Shown one piece after another: positions 1 to 12,128 of a stretch of DNA of 64,000 nucleotides. Below the pieces are notes generated by a model. That model saw only the letters and a program-made list of their open reading frames with translations. It was not told the DNA's origin and did not search any database. Both the position numbers and the translations under genes were made by a program. The DNA comes from Dimorphilus gyrociliatus (taxonomy: Eukaryota > Animalia > Annelida), in NCBI GenBank assembly GCA_904063045.1, contig CAJFCJ010000005.1, positions 1,937,988-2,001,987 on the forward strand, written 5' to 3'. Every line of letters starts with the position of its first letter. The stretch's first letter is position 1.

Positions 1-24
1 AGTTATAATATTTATTATCTGCAG

Positions 25-1622
25 CTTATGGAAACGGACCAACTAGCCAACAAGCTTTTAGCCCCCAAACATTTACTTCGCCTTATGCTCATTCAGGTTT
101 GTACTGTTGATTAAAAATTGAAAATACGTCATTTACTTTTAAAACTAACAGCAGCTCCAAACGCAAGAAGAGATTCTTTTGGATCATTGGATTATAAAGG
201 GCAATCAGGCACACTATCACGAGCGCCGTTTCCTGCTCAATTTTATAGTCCCATAGGTGGAACAGTTAGTCCTTTGGGAACTACCGGTCTTTCTACACCA
301 CCTCCTGTACATAATTTGAGTACGCAACGAACACCAAATGCTTTCTACTCTCCCGCTCCTGGAGCGGAGGTGAAATACAGACAATCAGCCCAAGCGCCGT
401 CAGGAGCTAACTATTCAATGACCTTAATGGGAGGACGAACTGGAGCTAAAACACCTTCGAAAGAACCTGCAAGGTCAAGACTTTTGGAAGATTTTCGTAG
501 CAACCGATTACCAAACATACAATTGAAGGAACTTGTAAACCATGTTGTTGAATTTTCCCAAGACCAACATGGCTCAAGATTTATCCAGCAGAAATTAGAA
601 AGGGCTACAATTCAAGAAAAAACATTGATATTTAATGAAATCCTTCCAATGGCTTTTGTGCTAATGACAGATGTTTTTGGAAATTATGTCATACAGAAAT
701 TTTTTGATTTTGGTTCTAATGAACAAAAAGCAACTTTAGCCAACAAGGTTAAAGGTAATGTTTTGATGCTGGCCCTTCAAATGTACGGTTGCAGAGTTAT
801 ACAGAAAGCCCTTGAATGCATTCAGCCAGATATGCAAGTTGATTTGGTAAAGGAACTCGATGGGAATGTGTTGAAATGTGTAAAAGATCAGAATGGCAAT
901 CATGTCATTCAGAAATGCATAGAGTGTGTTGAACCGAAAAATTTGGATTTTGTGATTAATTCTTTTAAAACTCAAGTTACACAGCTATCTACACATCCAT
1001 ATGGTTGTCGCGTTATACAACGCGTTCTAGAAAATTGCACCTCTGATCAAGTGGGTGTTGTTTTGGATGAAATGCATGAAAACACAGAGAGGCTGATACA
1101 GGACCAATATGGGAATTATGTCATTCAGCATGTGTTGGAACACGGAAGAGCTGAAGATAAAACGAAGATTGTTAAAGCTGTTAGGGGTAAAGTTATGAGC
1201 TTATCTCAGCACAAGTTCGCCTCGAATGTCGTTGAAAAGTGTGTTTCGCACTCTTCGGCTCCAGAACGACGTTCACTTATTGATGAAGTTCTGCAGATGA
1301 ACGACAGGTAAATTATTAAATAATAATTTTAATATATATTATAGATATAGATAATAATCATTATTTGCAAAGCAGTTCTCACACTGGATTGTATACGATG
1401 ATGAAGGATCAGTACGCTAACTACGTGATTCAGAAAATGATTGACGTTGCAGATTCCTCGCAGAAAAAGCTACTTGTACAAAAAATTAGACCACATGTAA
1501 CTACTTTAAGAAAGTATACATACGGCAAGCATATTCTGGCTAAATTAGAAAAATTTTGCCTGAAAGCTAATCGGGACTTAGGTCCTATTGGAATGCCACC
1601 AAATGGCGCTTTGCCACGTTAA
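25..1622 (+). CDS. PUM: Pumilio (PUF RNA-binding protein), 3' part; gene begins upstream of the window
   Basis: Exons 25-96, ~152-1307 and ~1373-1622 (NAGNAG acceptors) join in phase. The protein has the RRDS motif and eight PUF repeats ([106 protein letters not shown]). The ORF-track start at 118 lies in an intron. Confidence 0.97.
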
Positions 1623-1669
1623 ATTTAAATGGTTTAACTATAGTACTGTGTGAATGTCTACACATTACA

Positions 1670-2041
1670 TATACATACATATATATATATATATATAAAT
1701 ATATACATACGTATATACAGTGTAATATTTTTTTAAGTTTGTGGTGTTTAATTGTGATTTTCTCTTTTCCTTTCGTGTGGCAAATTTTGAGAGGGACTTT
1801 TTTTATATAAGGAATGCAATTGAATATAAACTATTGTTTGTTCTGAATAATTGTAAATTTATTGTTGTTCGTTTATTGCGGCTTGTATATCTCTGTACAC
1901 TTGTATAAATTAATATATATATGTCGATATGTCTATATGTATATATGTGAGTATTCAGATGTATATATATATATATATATGTATATGTATATGTGTATAT
2001 TTATATTTATATACATATACATAGACGTATGTGAGTATTCA

Positions 2042-2083
<42 letters not shown>

Positions 2084-2089
2084 TATCCG

Positions 2090-2136
<47 letters not shown>

Positions 2137-2140
2137 GCGA
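1670..2140. repeat. Interrupted (TA)n microsatellite tract in the Pumilio 3' UTR
   Basis: Long TATA runs interrupted by TGTA/TACA. The unit ATGTGAGTATTCA occurs twice (~1945 and ~2029). This tract produces the spurious IYIYIY ORFs. Confidence 0.9.
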
Positions 2141-2359
2141 ATAGGGCAACTAGCCGTATACAAAAAACGTGAATTATTCGGTGTCTTTTCTCTTTATATC
2201 ACTAATATTGTACTTTTTGGGAAAATCGTTAATAGAAAATACTAAAAATTGAACATCTGTTGTTAGTTAAACTTCTTCTGATGTAGGCCCGTTTTCGCTT
2301 ATATTGATCCAAAACATCTGCGCATGACGAAAAGAGCGCTTGTTTGAACCAGCTTTATT

Positions 2360-3786
2360 ATGGATAAAGAAACGTTCTTCTGGACTATATCATGGATTGT
2401 TCTTATTCCTATCCTATTATTTATACTGATACTGTTTATATATCTCAAAGATAAGACAAAGAGTAAAAAAGAACAAGTTTTAATAGTTTCTTTACTTTCA
2501 TCTCGAGTTTTATTTTTTGCTGTGACATTGCCTCTAAAATGTTCCAGTTCAATGAACGATTTGGCGTCTGAATTGATATGGTGCAAAATCATTTCAATTA
2601 GTTGGTACATAAGCGTTATCGCAGAGCAAAATACGACAATAGCCATTATATTTTTGGTCTGTTCAACCATTTTAAGAAAGAAAAACTTGACTTTCAATAG
2701 TGTTCTCTTGACAATCTTATCGATATGGATATTATCAAGTGCCGTTTCCTGTTTATTAGTATTTTCTTTTGAAGCTTATCATATGGAGAAATCAAATTGC
2801 ATTCTTTTCAATCAAGACTCGTTTACATTCAAAGTATTTAGCATAACAGTCGCGGTCGAAGGACTAATGACTGTTGTTTCCTTCTTGTACTATTTTATAC
2901 TTTTCGTTGTCGGAAAACACTCTTACAAGAAGAATAAAAATGAACAACCTATTGAAAATGGAGGAGGCAATTCTGACTTTATAAAACCTTTACCATCCTT
3001 ACCTAAACACGAAATATATAGTGATCCTGTGAAGTCAGCAATTTGTCTTTCATGCGCATCATCTTTCTTCTTCTCTGCTCTGCCCATATTTTTAGTTTGT
3101 TTAGTAAGTACCATAAATATCTTGTTTTATCTATTTTTCGCAATACGACTGTTTGGGAACAATTTTTACAGATTTTTCACAGAAAGGAGGCGGAGAAGAT
3201 ATTGATCTCTGTGAGTGTAGCCCAATCTTTGTTCATCTTGTTGATTTTGTTACATAGGGCTGTAAAGAACCGACGTCAAAGATTACACAGAGATGCAGAA
3301 AGATATATGTATTCTCAAAGAGTATCTGTTATATCATTTGATAGTTTCAGTACTTTCGATGATATTAATGCACCCAAAGATGAAGAAGCATTATACGACA
3401 CCGTTGCTAAAGAAATATGCACATCGGAAGCTGCCATTCAAGTCAACGTTGACAGCTTGAGCAGGCGAAATAAGGAGATTGTCAAAGAAGTTGAAGAGTC
3501 GTCTTCTATGAGAGATGATGGGATAACCAGTGACTATTCACAATTATCTCAGAAAGAAGAGGATTCAGCTTCAATAGGATCTTCAGTTGTCAAATTTCGA
3601 AGAATTAGAACCTTAGATATGGGACGTAGTGTCGATAAAGAGGAAGAAGAAGAGAAAAGAAACAAGCTATTTAGCGCCTGGAAGACTGCAGTAGCAACAG
3701 TGAGAATAGCAAATTGGTTAAGTGATAAACCTAAGCAAGCAGATGAAGATGACGGATGGAGTGAACAAGATTCAAGTATTGTTTAA
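2360..3786 (+). CDS. Divergent 7-transmembrane (rhodopsin-like GPCR-type) protein, ~452 aa, with long acidic C-tail
   Basis: Exons 2360-3103 and 3172-3786 (GTAAGT...TTACAG, phase 0) fuse two ORF-track entries. Seven hydrophobic segments are visible, with Cys at the top of TM3 (LIWCKII), Trp in TM4 (SIWIL), an ECL2 Cys (SNCIL) and Pro in TM6 (SALPIF). DRY and NPxxY are absent. Confidence 0.68.
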
Positions 3787-3912
3787 ATTTTGTGAGAATT
3801 AACCTTTTTTCAAAACATAAAAATACATTATCTTAGTTTATTATAACAATAGTTAAACAAGAATAAAATCTAATGAATAATGTTTAAAAACAATGAAAAT
3901 CGTAGAGTATTC

Positions 3913-4368
3913 TCAATTCTCCTTCGAACTATCATCATTCATCTTTTTTCTTATCTCCAGGACCTCTTTGTACTTTAATTTTCTCGGTATTACATCTGTT
4001 ATGGACAGACAAAAATACAATAAGGGTTGAAATTCCATAGCACATATTATAGTAAATAATCAAACCGAGTAAAAAAGACTCCAATTGCTCGTTTTTGTTT
4101 ACAACGTCGGCAAAATCATTATAGTTTATTTTTTGCTTATCAGGGCAATTTGTATACGTTTCTTCTACTAGATGTTCAACAAAGAGTTCCTGCAAATAGA
4201 ATATTAATAAAATATTCGATTTTTAACAAAATTTACCGTTGCTTTTCCAATCAAAAATAGAGAATCAGAACTGATCGATGATACATCTGGCGAGCTCTTC
4301 ATAATAAGCCTAATTCGAGACAAGGGGAAGAGAGAAACTCCTAGATTTGGTAATTTGGTTTCATCCAT
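3913..4368 (-). CDS. CHRAC1: Chromatin accessibility complex histone-fold protein CHRAC1 (CHRAC-15/16)
   Basis: Exons 4368-4237, 4189-~4070 and ~3995-3913. Translation is MDETKLPNLGVSLFPLSRIRLIMKSSPDVSSISSDSLFLIGKAT|ELFVEHL...INYNDFADVV...LL|DVIPRKLKY. LSRIRxIMKSSP and KATELFV are CHRAC1 hallmarks. The start has a perfect GCCGCCATGG Kozak context. Confidence 0.9.
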
Positions 4369-4497
4369 GGCGGCAAAATAAGGTCAAGGTTGCATTAAAT
4401 ACCGATTTTTAATCGGTTTGACGTTCTACCGGTTATAGGTCCTTTCACTTCCGGTGTTGGTAAGTGGTATCACGTGGTGAAGATTTTTCGTTGTTTA
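4369..4497. promoter_or_regulatory. Compact bidirectional promoter shared by CHRAC1 and EF1-delta
   Basis: Only 129 nt separate the divergent ATGs. The interval contains an ETS/GABP site CACTTCCGGT (4446-4455) and an E-box CACGTG (4471-4476). Confidence 0.7.
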
Positions 4498-5372
4498 ATG
4501 GCTTGTGATTTGGCAAAAGACACCTTTTGGTTCGATAAAGCTAGGACAAGTGACGCTGAAAGAATCTATTTTGAAAAATTGTACGGAAATAAACAGACAC
4601 AGGTAAGAGTGTTGCGAATGATCTGCTTAATAATTTTGGTGACCGGTTCCGCTTCTTAACAGCAAAAAAACGCTTCAGCATCTTCTGTCGTCGATCAAAT
4701 AGCTCGCGCAAGAGAGCAAATTGAAAAATCTCTATCTCAAACGAACGTAAATAATTCTAAATGCTAAAGCATTAATTCTAAACTTACTCTTGCTGTTTTT
4801 CTTAATAGGACTCATTTGGAGACATGGCTTCGGAAGCAATGAAAAAATTAGAACTTATGGAGACCAGCAACAAGAACATGATACAGAAAATCGAAAATTT
4901 AACGAGTTTGGTATCTAAACTACAGGACAGAGTAAAGGTTCTTGAAGGAAAGTCATCAGAGAAACCGAAAGAAGAAGAAGAGGATGATGATGATGAAGAT
5001 TTGTTTGCTTCAGATGATGAAGAAGAAGATGAAGAAGCTTCACGTATTCGTGAAGAACGCCTAAAAGCATATGCTGAAAAAAAATCTGCAAAGAAAGCTG
5101 TGGTCGCCAAGTCGAGTTTAATCTTGGAAGTTAAACCATGGGATGATGAAACTGATATGAAAGCTCTCGAAGAATCAGTTCGCACTGTCACTATGGATGG
5201 TTTGCTGTGGGGAGCATCAAAACTGGTACCAGTAGGATACGGGATTCAGAAATTGCAGATCAGCTGTGTCATTGAAGACGATAAAGTCAGCACAGATGAC
5301 CTTACCGAAAAGATCGAGGCTTTCGAAGATTACGTCCAGAGTGTTGATATTGCTGCTTTTAATAAGATTTAA
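4498..5372 (+). CDS. EEF1D: Elongation factor 1-delta (EF1B family guanine exchange subunit)
   Basis: Exons 4498-4602, ~4663-~4746 and 4809-5372. Delta-type N-terminus ([17 protein letters not shown]; [13 protein letters not shown]), leucine-zipper-like segment, acidic [10 protein letters not shown] region and GEF domain ([17 protein letters not shown]...[10 protein letters not shown]). Confidence 0.93.
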
Positions 5373-5487
5373 CAAGTAGCTGTATTAGGTGCAAAGTCGT
5401 AATAAAATGGGATAGGAAATAGAAAAAAAAATTTTTAAGCGGCAGAGCTGTCTATTCTATATACAAGCAGCCAGCTGCAGAATTTCT

Positions 5488-7160
5488 CTAAACGTTCGTA
5501 CAGTCGATTTCAACGATGTCCGTAGGAACAGTAGCAAATTGATACACTAAACGTTGACCATCAACTTTATTGAGAATTCCACGAGCGTAATAATACCTGA
5601 GAGCTCTACCCATTGTCTCGTAGTTCATGCTTGGTTTATTCTTATGTAATCCCCAAAGTCTTGAAACGGCTTTTGAATCAACTAATTTAAATGTACCGTT
5701 GGCCCTATCAGTCCACTTAATGAATCGAGGGCAGTATTGAGGAGACTGTAATAGTTTTAGCAGGAATTCCCATAGGTACGTTGTTGAACTTTCGCGCTTT
5801 CGTTTCGGCGTGTAAGTGGTGGCGGTTTTACGGCCGCGTTTTACTGGCGTTTGCTGTTCGTTCGTTGCATAGGGCGGATTCGGTGTTGAGCAGAAATCGT
5901 TGTAGTTATTCGTTAAATTTAAATCTTGTAATTCTGGATCAGAAACCGATACACCACTATCAGCCGGACTTGGTGGATGAAATGCTGCTGTAGATAGGTT
6001 ATCTTTTTTATCATAATTCTTTTATAAAGTTTCAAAGAAATACTCACATTTTGCGCTATTTTTTGCTACATATCGGTTTTGGCAGTGGATGACGTTGCTA
6101 TTTACTGCAAAAAGTTAGAAGAGAAAGGATAATAAAAATTTAATGACTGTAAAAAAATCAATCACAAGCTGCCCTCGCGATCTCTGTTACTTATTCTCTA
6201 TCTCTCACATTTTTGTTTGTGAACTTGTATTCTACTTTACATCTATTCACCTGACACTGAACAACTTTCTCTTCGACTAAAAAAAAAATTTATAAACCAT
6301 AGAAACGTTTTAGCAGGCCTTTCTTAAAAGCGCTACTTTTCCACGATAGATCAAGCGGTTCTTCTTGGAACATTTTCCAAGTCGAACTGCGGCCGTCTAG
6401 GCAGTGGAATGCCTTAGTCATGTGATCAAAGGCGGATATTTATAGGCCGACAGCGATGCAGAATTTATAGAATTTATTCCTTTATAAAAGATTACATTTG
6501 TAGGAAGGAAAAGCCACTTGCTTGATATAAATTAGTACAGGTGAATAGAACTAAACAAGAAACGTTCATCGTTTCTCTATTCCCGTCTTATTCTATTGCC
6601 CCTCTGCCCTCACCGATCTTTTTTTGCAGCTGTTGCGTATATTACAATTTTTTTCCAAACAAATACAATAACGCGAATTTTTGCTGTAATTATTATCCAT
6701 TTGTTAAAAAATAACATTTTTTTAATACCGTCTAAATCGCTCTTGTTCTTCTTACGGCCTCTCCTAGTTTTAGGACAGCGCTTCGATTCGGAAGGTGGTG
6801 TAACTTCACTAGGTTGAACGCATTCCGAAAGATCTTCGTCATCGCTATAATCTTTCAATTTCCATTCGACATTTGTATAATCACTCCAATCTTTACTTAA
6901 ACTAACTAAATCCGAAAATGACGACGTTACTTGAGTTAAACAATAGTGATTATCATTGAAATTAGATGATTCTTCATTTAAAAAATTCGAAGTGATTGGA
7001 CTTATTTGCTAAATAAATAAAAACAAAGTACGTTATTATTTATTTATGCAATGAATATTAAAAAAATAAAGTAATAAATTACCTCGTTATCTATGCCTTC
7101 AAGTAGGCCGTTGAAAAGCGTTCTAATAGGAGATTCGAATGAAGAGGCGTATGAATCCAT
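5488..7160 (-). CDS. E74: E74/ELF-class ETS transcription factor (long isoform)
   Basis: Exons 7160-7083, 7008-6729 and ~5987-5488 are in phase. The last exon, missed by the ORF track, encodes [10 protein letters not shown] and the ETS domain [84 protein letters not shown]...DIVEIDC, which closely matches E74/ELF. Confidence 0.94.
6298..6373 (-). CDS. Candidate alternative first coding exon of the E74-like gene ([25 protein letters not shown])
   Basis: ATG at 6373, 25 codons, then a phase-1 GT donor (6297) compatible with the ETS exon acceptor. TATAAAT lies at 6444-6438. The exon encodes a PLDLS motif. Confidence 0.6.
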
Positions 7161-8701
7161 TCCTAATGACAGACATAAATACTTTCTATTGTAATAATAG
7201 ATAAAAAGAGAGAGAGAGAGGAAGAGAGAAATAAATGTTTATATATATATATATACAATGTATAAAGATATTTAATTAGATAATAAAACCTCCGTAAAAT
7301 GTTATACAACTACTTAAACTATAATTTAAAGAAGAGCGAAGGGAGAAAAAAAAAAGATATATAGATAGATAGAAAACTGTTAAAAGAGCTTTTTAAAGTG
7401 GAGAAGAATAAGAATAAGAGTGAGAAAAAGAAATAACGTATCCGATGATTCAGCATATATTAAATTTAGTGACATATAAAATTACAAGCGCTACATTTAA
7501 ATTTAGCATTGATTAATCTTACTTTGCTAAAATAATATATTTTATATGCATATTATTTGATATATACATATATATATATATACAGTGTATACTGAACTTT
7601 TACGGTATCAAAATAGTATAGATAATTCTATATTCAAAATAGAATAAACAATAAAAACTAACGGTTAGTTTTTTATGCTAAAATATGATTATTATATACA
7701 GTATACATTAGACTATATATATTAGTATACAATACAGTATATACTGTAAATGCGCGGTTTTATACATAACTATTTAGATAGATTAATTAATTAATTAATT
7801 AATTAACTTATTTTATAGTAAGTTAAAAGAAGTTACTAATATATTGTAGATATTATACTATAAATATGAACGTTATTTTTCGTACCGTAGACATATGCCA
7901 ACTGCGTACAAAACAATGAAGACAGATTAATTAGGTTTAATTAAATGAGAGCAAAAGCACATCTATTAGTCAGACTGCTCTTATCGTATAGGACCACTAC
8001 AAAAAAAATGTGATATACTAATCAACAACATACATACATTGGCCTTTTATAAAAATTACTGTACAATAGGCCTACAATAGCGGTCCGTACATTTTGCGGT
8101 GGGCGTGGCTCTTTTTTTTTCTACTTAAATTTTCCGTTTTCCAATATTTTTGCGTTCTAAAATTATATTTATATATCTAAAAGGGTTCAAAAAGGTTTAA
8201 TACAACAATATAACACAAAAAACGGGGAAGATCTTTATATAGTCTATTATTTTATATTGTATTCTCTATATGATATAGTATATATATATATATATATATA
8301 TATAGTATGGTATATTCCTACATTTGTTATCATAAAAAAATGTTGCGAACTTGATAAATATTTTTGTCTTTGTTAGTCTAAATAAAATATTGATTACAAA
8401 ATAATATAGAAATATATATATATATATATATATATAAAGTATATATATATATATATTAGTATATTCGTAAATGAAGTTATATTAAACATCTATTTAAAAT
8501 CCAAATAGGTAACAATTTTTTTGTTTAAAAAATAAAAGCAAGAACTAAGTGTTTTGTTGGATAAAAAATTTTTTTTTTACTAGTTGAGGCCAATCGTAAA
8601 TAAACGCTTATTGAAAAAATCCTTCAGGTATGAACACTCTTTTTTTACAGGCCTAAGCAAAAGCGGATGATGAATCATTTCTATTTGATATATACTGTAT
8701 T

Positions 8702-8756
<55 letters not shown>

Positions 8757-9267
8757 ACATCTATATATTTCTCACTATTTTTTACTAGCAGAAATGTTTT
8801 CCTTTTAATAAATTTACAATTTAACTTACCCGTTTCTTATCAATACTAATTAGGCTTTTCCTTACCAATTTATCTGCTATGATCAAAATGGTTGTCATTT
8901 AGGAGCGATAGCCGTTAAAATTCATTGCACGAAATTTTTCAGTAAAAAAAAGTATTATTAAGCTCTGGACGACGACAGAGGGCGCTGTTTGAACTCACGA
9001 CTGAGGGAATACCGTGACGTCATAAAGAATCGTTTTAAAGTTTATGAACAGATTAGATATATTCGATTAAATAATTATAAACAGTGCAAAAAAATGAGGG
9101 AGGGACGGAGAGAGAAGAAAGAGAACGGGAAGGATTTATTTTACAATAAAAAATGAAAATGTATTTAATTATATTGGCAAAAGACTGTATTCATGTTTTT
9201 TATTTTGATAAAAAGTTTTTTTTTTAAAAGAAAATAAATAAAAAAAATTCTTTTTATTAGATTATTT

Positions 9268-11289
9268 CTAATGATTAACTAGGAAATAGATAATTATAAA
9301 AATGACAGTAAACGAAGCATAAAGTACTTTAATTAAAGTCGGAAGTCTGATAAACAATGCCGGATAGTGGTAAACGAATTGCCTTATACCACCCTCCCTT
9401 ATATCGTCATCAAGTTCTTCTTTTGTCTATTAGTGAAGAAAAAAATACGATTTAAAGTCGAAAAAGTCAATATTTTTTTCTGTTCGCTACGTGAATTTTA
9501 TCTTTTACAAAAATTTACTAAAAATTCTTAATGATTTTTTTTAAAAAAAAAAGATATTTAATTTTTTTTGTTGTTTTTACTTTAGTCAGCATCTGTGAAA
9601 CGTAATCGAATTGCTCATCGACCCAGGGTTGAACGACCACAATTAGTATGGCTAGTAGAACTATTACACAGTTCATAACTGTCCAAATATCAATGGACTT
9701 TACATAGCCTACATTCGGTGTCGTGAAACTTGATAAACAATGCAAAAACGTTACACAGACAAACATTAGGCCTGCCAGGATGAAGCGGCTTCCAGTAGCC
9801 AAACTTGGTAGCCATAAGATGGCGTTAGTAATGAAAAAGATCATAAACGACGGCAGGTAGATGGAGCATAGGAAATATGAGGATCTCCTCTCGAAATCAA
9901 CAATAATACGGGCCAAATCGTGTCGGGAACCTTGAAAAAAAGTTGAAAAAGATTAAAATACAGGTGAAGTGGCAACTAAAGTAGAAAATTAAGTCGCAAG
10001 AAATGAATGATTTATTTAATTGTCCTATATACAGACCTCCTCTTTCAACAGATTTCCTAACACCCTTCAAACCGGTCATTTCGAAAACAGTATGCTGAAT
10101 AATAGGAGTTTGATGATCTATATTGATTGATTCAATAACGGCATCCTTTGAAGTTGACGCTAACATTTCAAAAGAGCAATTAAATTAAATTATATTAATT
10201 AAAATTATATGCTAAATAAACAATTCGTTTAAATATATCTAGTTAAATTCAAAGATACTTACAAAATTGCCAATCCAAATAACATGTTTGCTTATCGAAA
10301 GGAAACATTTTAAAGTTCATCTTGCAAATAACTGTTGCTGTGACGCTGTTAATTGCAGAACATTCGCATGGTTTTATCAAAATATTTACACTTTTAAGTA
10401 TAATTGACAAATGCAGTAGGCTTATCAAATTTATATAGCTTACTAATTTGTTAATTGAACTGATCCATTGGGGAATATGATGGAGGAGACCTCTGAAAGA
10501 TGATCAGTCCTGCCGGATACTACTAATAACGCTCCCGATAAATAAAAATCTGGTATCCAAATCAAATTGTAAATTCGTTTGCCGTGAATTTTTATTGGTT
10601 CAGAGTGATTGTTAAACTGTAATCGTTTGTCGATCCATTGGAATTTTGTAAATAGCATAGTGGAGATGAGTTGTTTCTTCTCGTTAAAATCAAAGGTATT
10701 TAATAAATAGACGCTGACGTTCACTTTAAGTGGTCCATTAGCGTTTGCTAAAACGAATTTGTCGACTTATTAGTTATCGATCGAAAACTCAATTAAGGAT
10801 GTTCTTATTATAAATAATTAATAAATATATACATTAACATGTCTAATATAGTATCATGTAAGAGATATACATTCCAAAGTAATTAATAGTTCTATTATTA
10901 CTTTAGTTTCGTTTTTAAAGAGAAAGAAAAGAGAGCCTATTCTCTCCCTCCTCCTCCACCTCACCATCCTCTTCCTTCTCTTCTGCTCCCCTCACTCCAC
11001 CCTAACTTTAAACTTTACATTACTTTATTTATCTATTTTTTTTTTTTGAAAAAAAAAACACTACTTTTCAATTTTACCTGCAACTGGGGATATTCTCTTC
11101 TCTACCTCATTTTCCCATTTGTAGAATAGTTGACTGTTATACGGAAAATTAAACGTAAAAGATTAATGACACTGTAATTGAAAGGTTATTTTTTATTTTC
11201 AATTGATTAATCATATACCTAACATTATTATATCCATTTGATGAGCTTATAATAAGCGTAAACAGTAAAAACAATGAAGAGTATTCCAT
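9268..11289 (-). CDS. Divergent Cys-loop ligand-gated ion channel subunit (GABA/glycine/GluCl superfamily-like)
   Basis: Seven in-phase exons: 11289-11219 (signal peptide), 11133-11078, 10747-10444, ~10355-10262, ~10163-10035, ~9930-9570 and ~9430-9268. Loop A IWIPDFY, Cys-loop CKMNFKMFPFDKQTC, M1 YFLCSIYLPS, M3 YVKSIDIW and a C-terminal M4 are present. Confidence 0.85.
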
Positions 11290-12128
11290 TAGGTATTAAA
11301 ATTATATAAGTAGCCGAAATAAGGGGAGAGAAAAAACACACTACGCCCACAGTATTAAAACACCTACAATTTCTGTATAATTAACCAAATTGGTAGGATG
11401 ATCATTGTCTAAAGAGAGCACTTTTTTTTTTGTTTTATCACATATTATATCAATTACAAGTGATGGGATTAATAGATATAGGCTTTATATTGTAATGTAA
11501 TACGAAAGGAAGAGATATAATATTGATTCTAAAGGGGATGATTTATGAATAAATTACCTCTTTTTATTCATTCACGTAGTATATTTTTACTAATATAATG
11601 CTTTTTATACGTTGTTTACATAAATATTTCATTTGAATACATATACATAAATGTATAAAAATTATTTATATTGATGTATCAACATACTGGAATGATTATG
11701 AAATAGATATCTTGAATATTAATTTATTAATGAACAGTTATTTTTTTGAATGTATTCATGTAATTGGAAAAATGCATAAACATTAGAGGTAATATTTAAG
11801 CTTGTTTGTAAATTATTAACATTTAGCGCATGAACAATAACAATGTACTGTATACGAAGAGATACCATGTATGCCTATGTAAAATACAAGTGTATTCGCC
11901 CTGAATTAAAATCGACCTGGCGTTGAAAAATTAATGACGGAGAACAATCGCTGTAGCATTCGCTTACCCGACGCCTGCAAATGCGGTGGGACGCCGTTAG
12001 AAAAACGCCATTTTTTTATACACTATTAAAGAACTTGGAATTGAGAGAGATATTAAAAAAAAATATAGAGGAGAGAAGTTTACAATTGATATTCTCTTTT
12101 CTTGTCTTTTTTTTTTTAGAGCGTCGGT

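Noticed and set aside
1862-2245. ORF-track entries rich in IYIYIY (also 1933-2163, 8667-8849, 27988-28360, 54244-54675)
   Set aside because: They are translations of (TA)n microsatellites, with no splice or codon structure.
8985-9012. tRNA-like GTCGTGAGTTCAAAC (B-box-like) on the minus strand
   Set aside because: There is no complementary T-stem, acceptor stem or anticodon arm; it cannot be folded as a tRNA.
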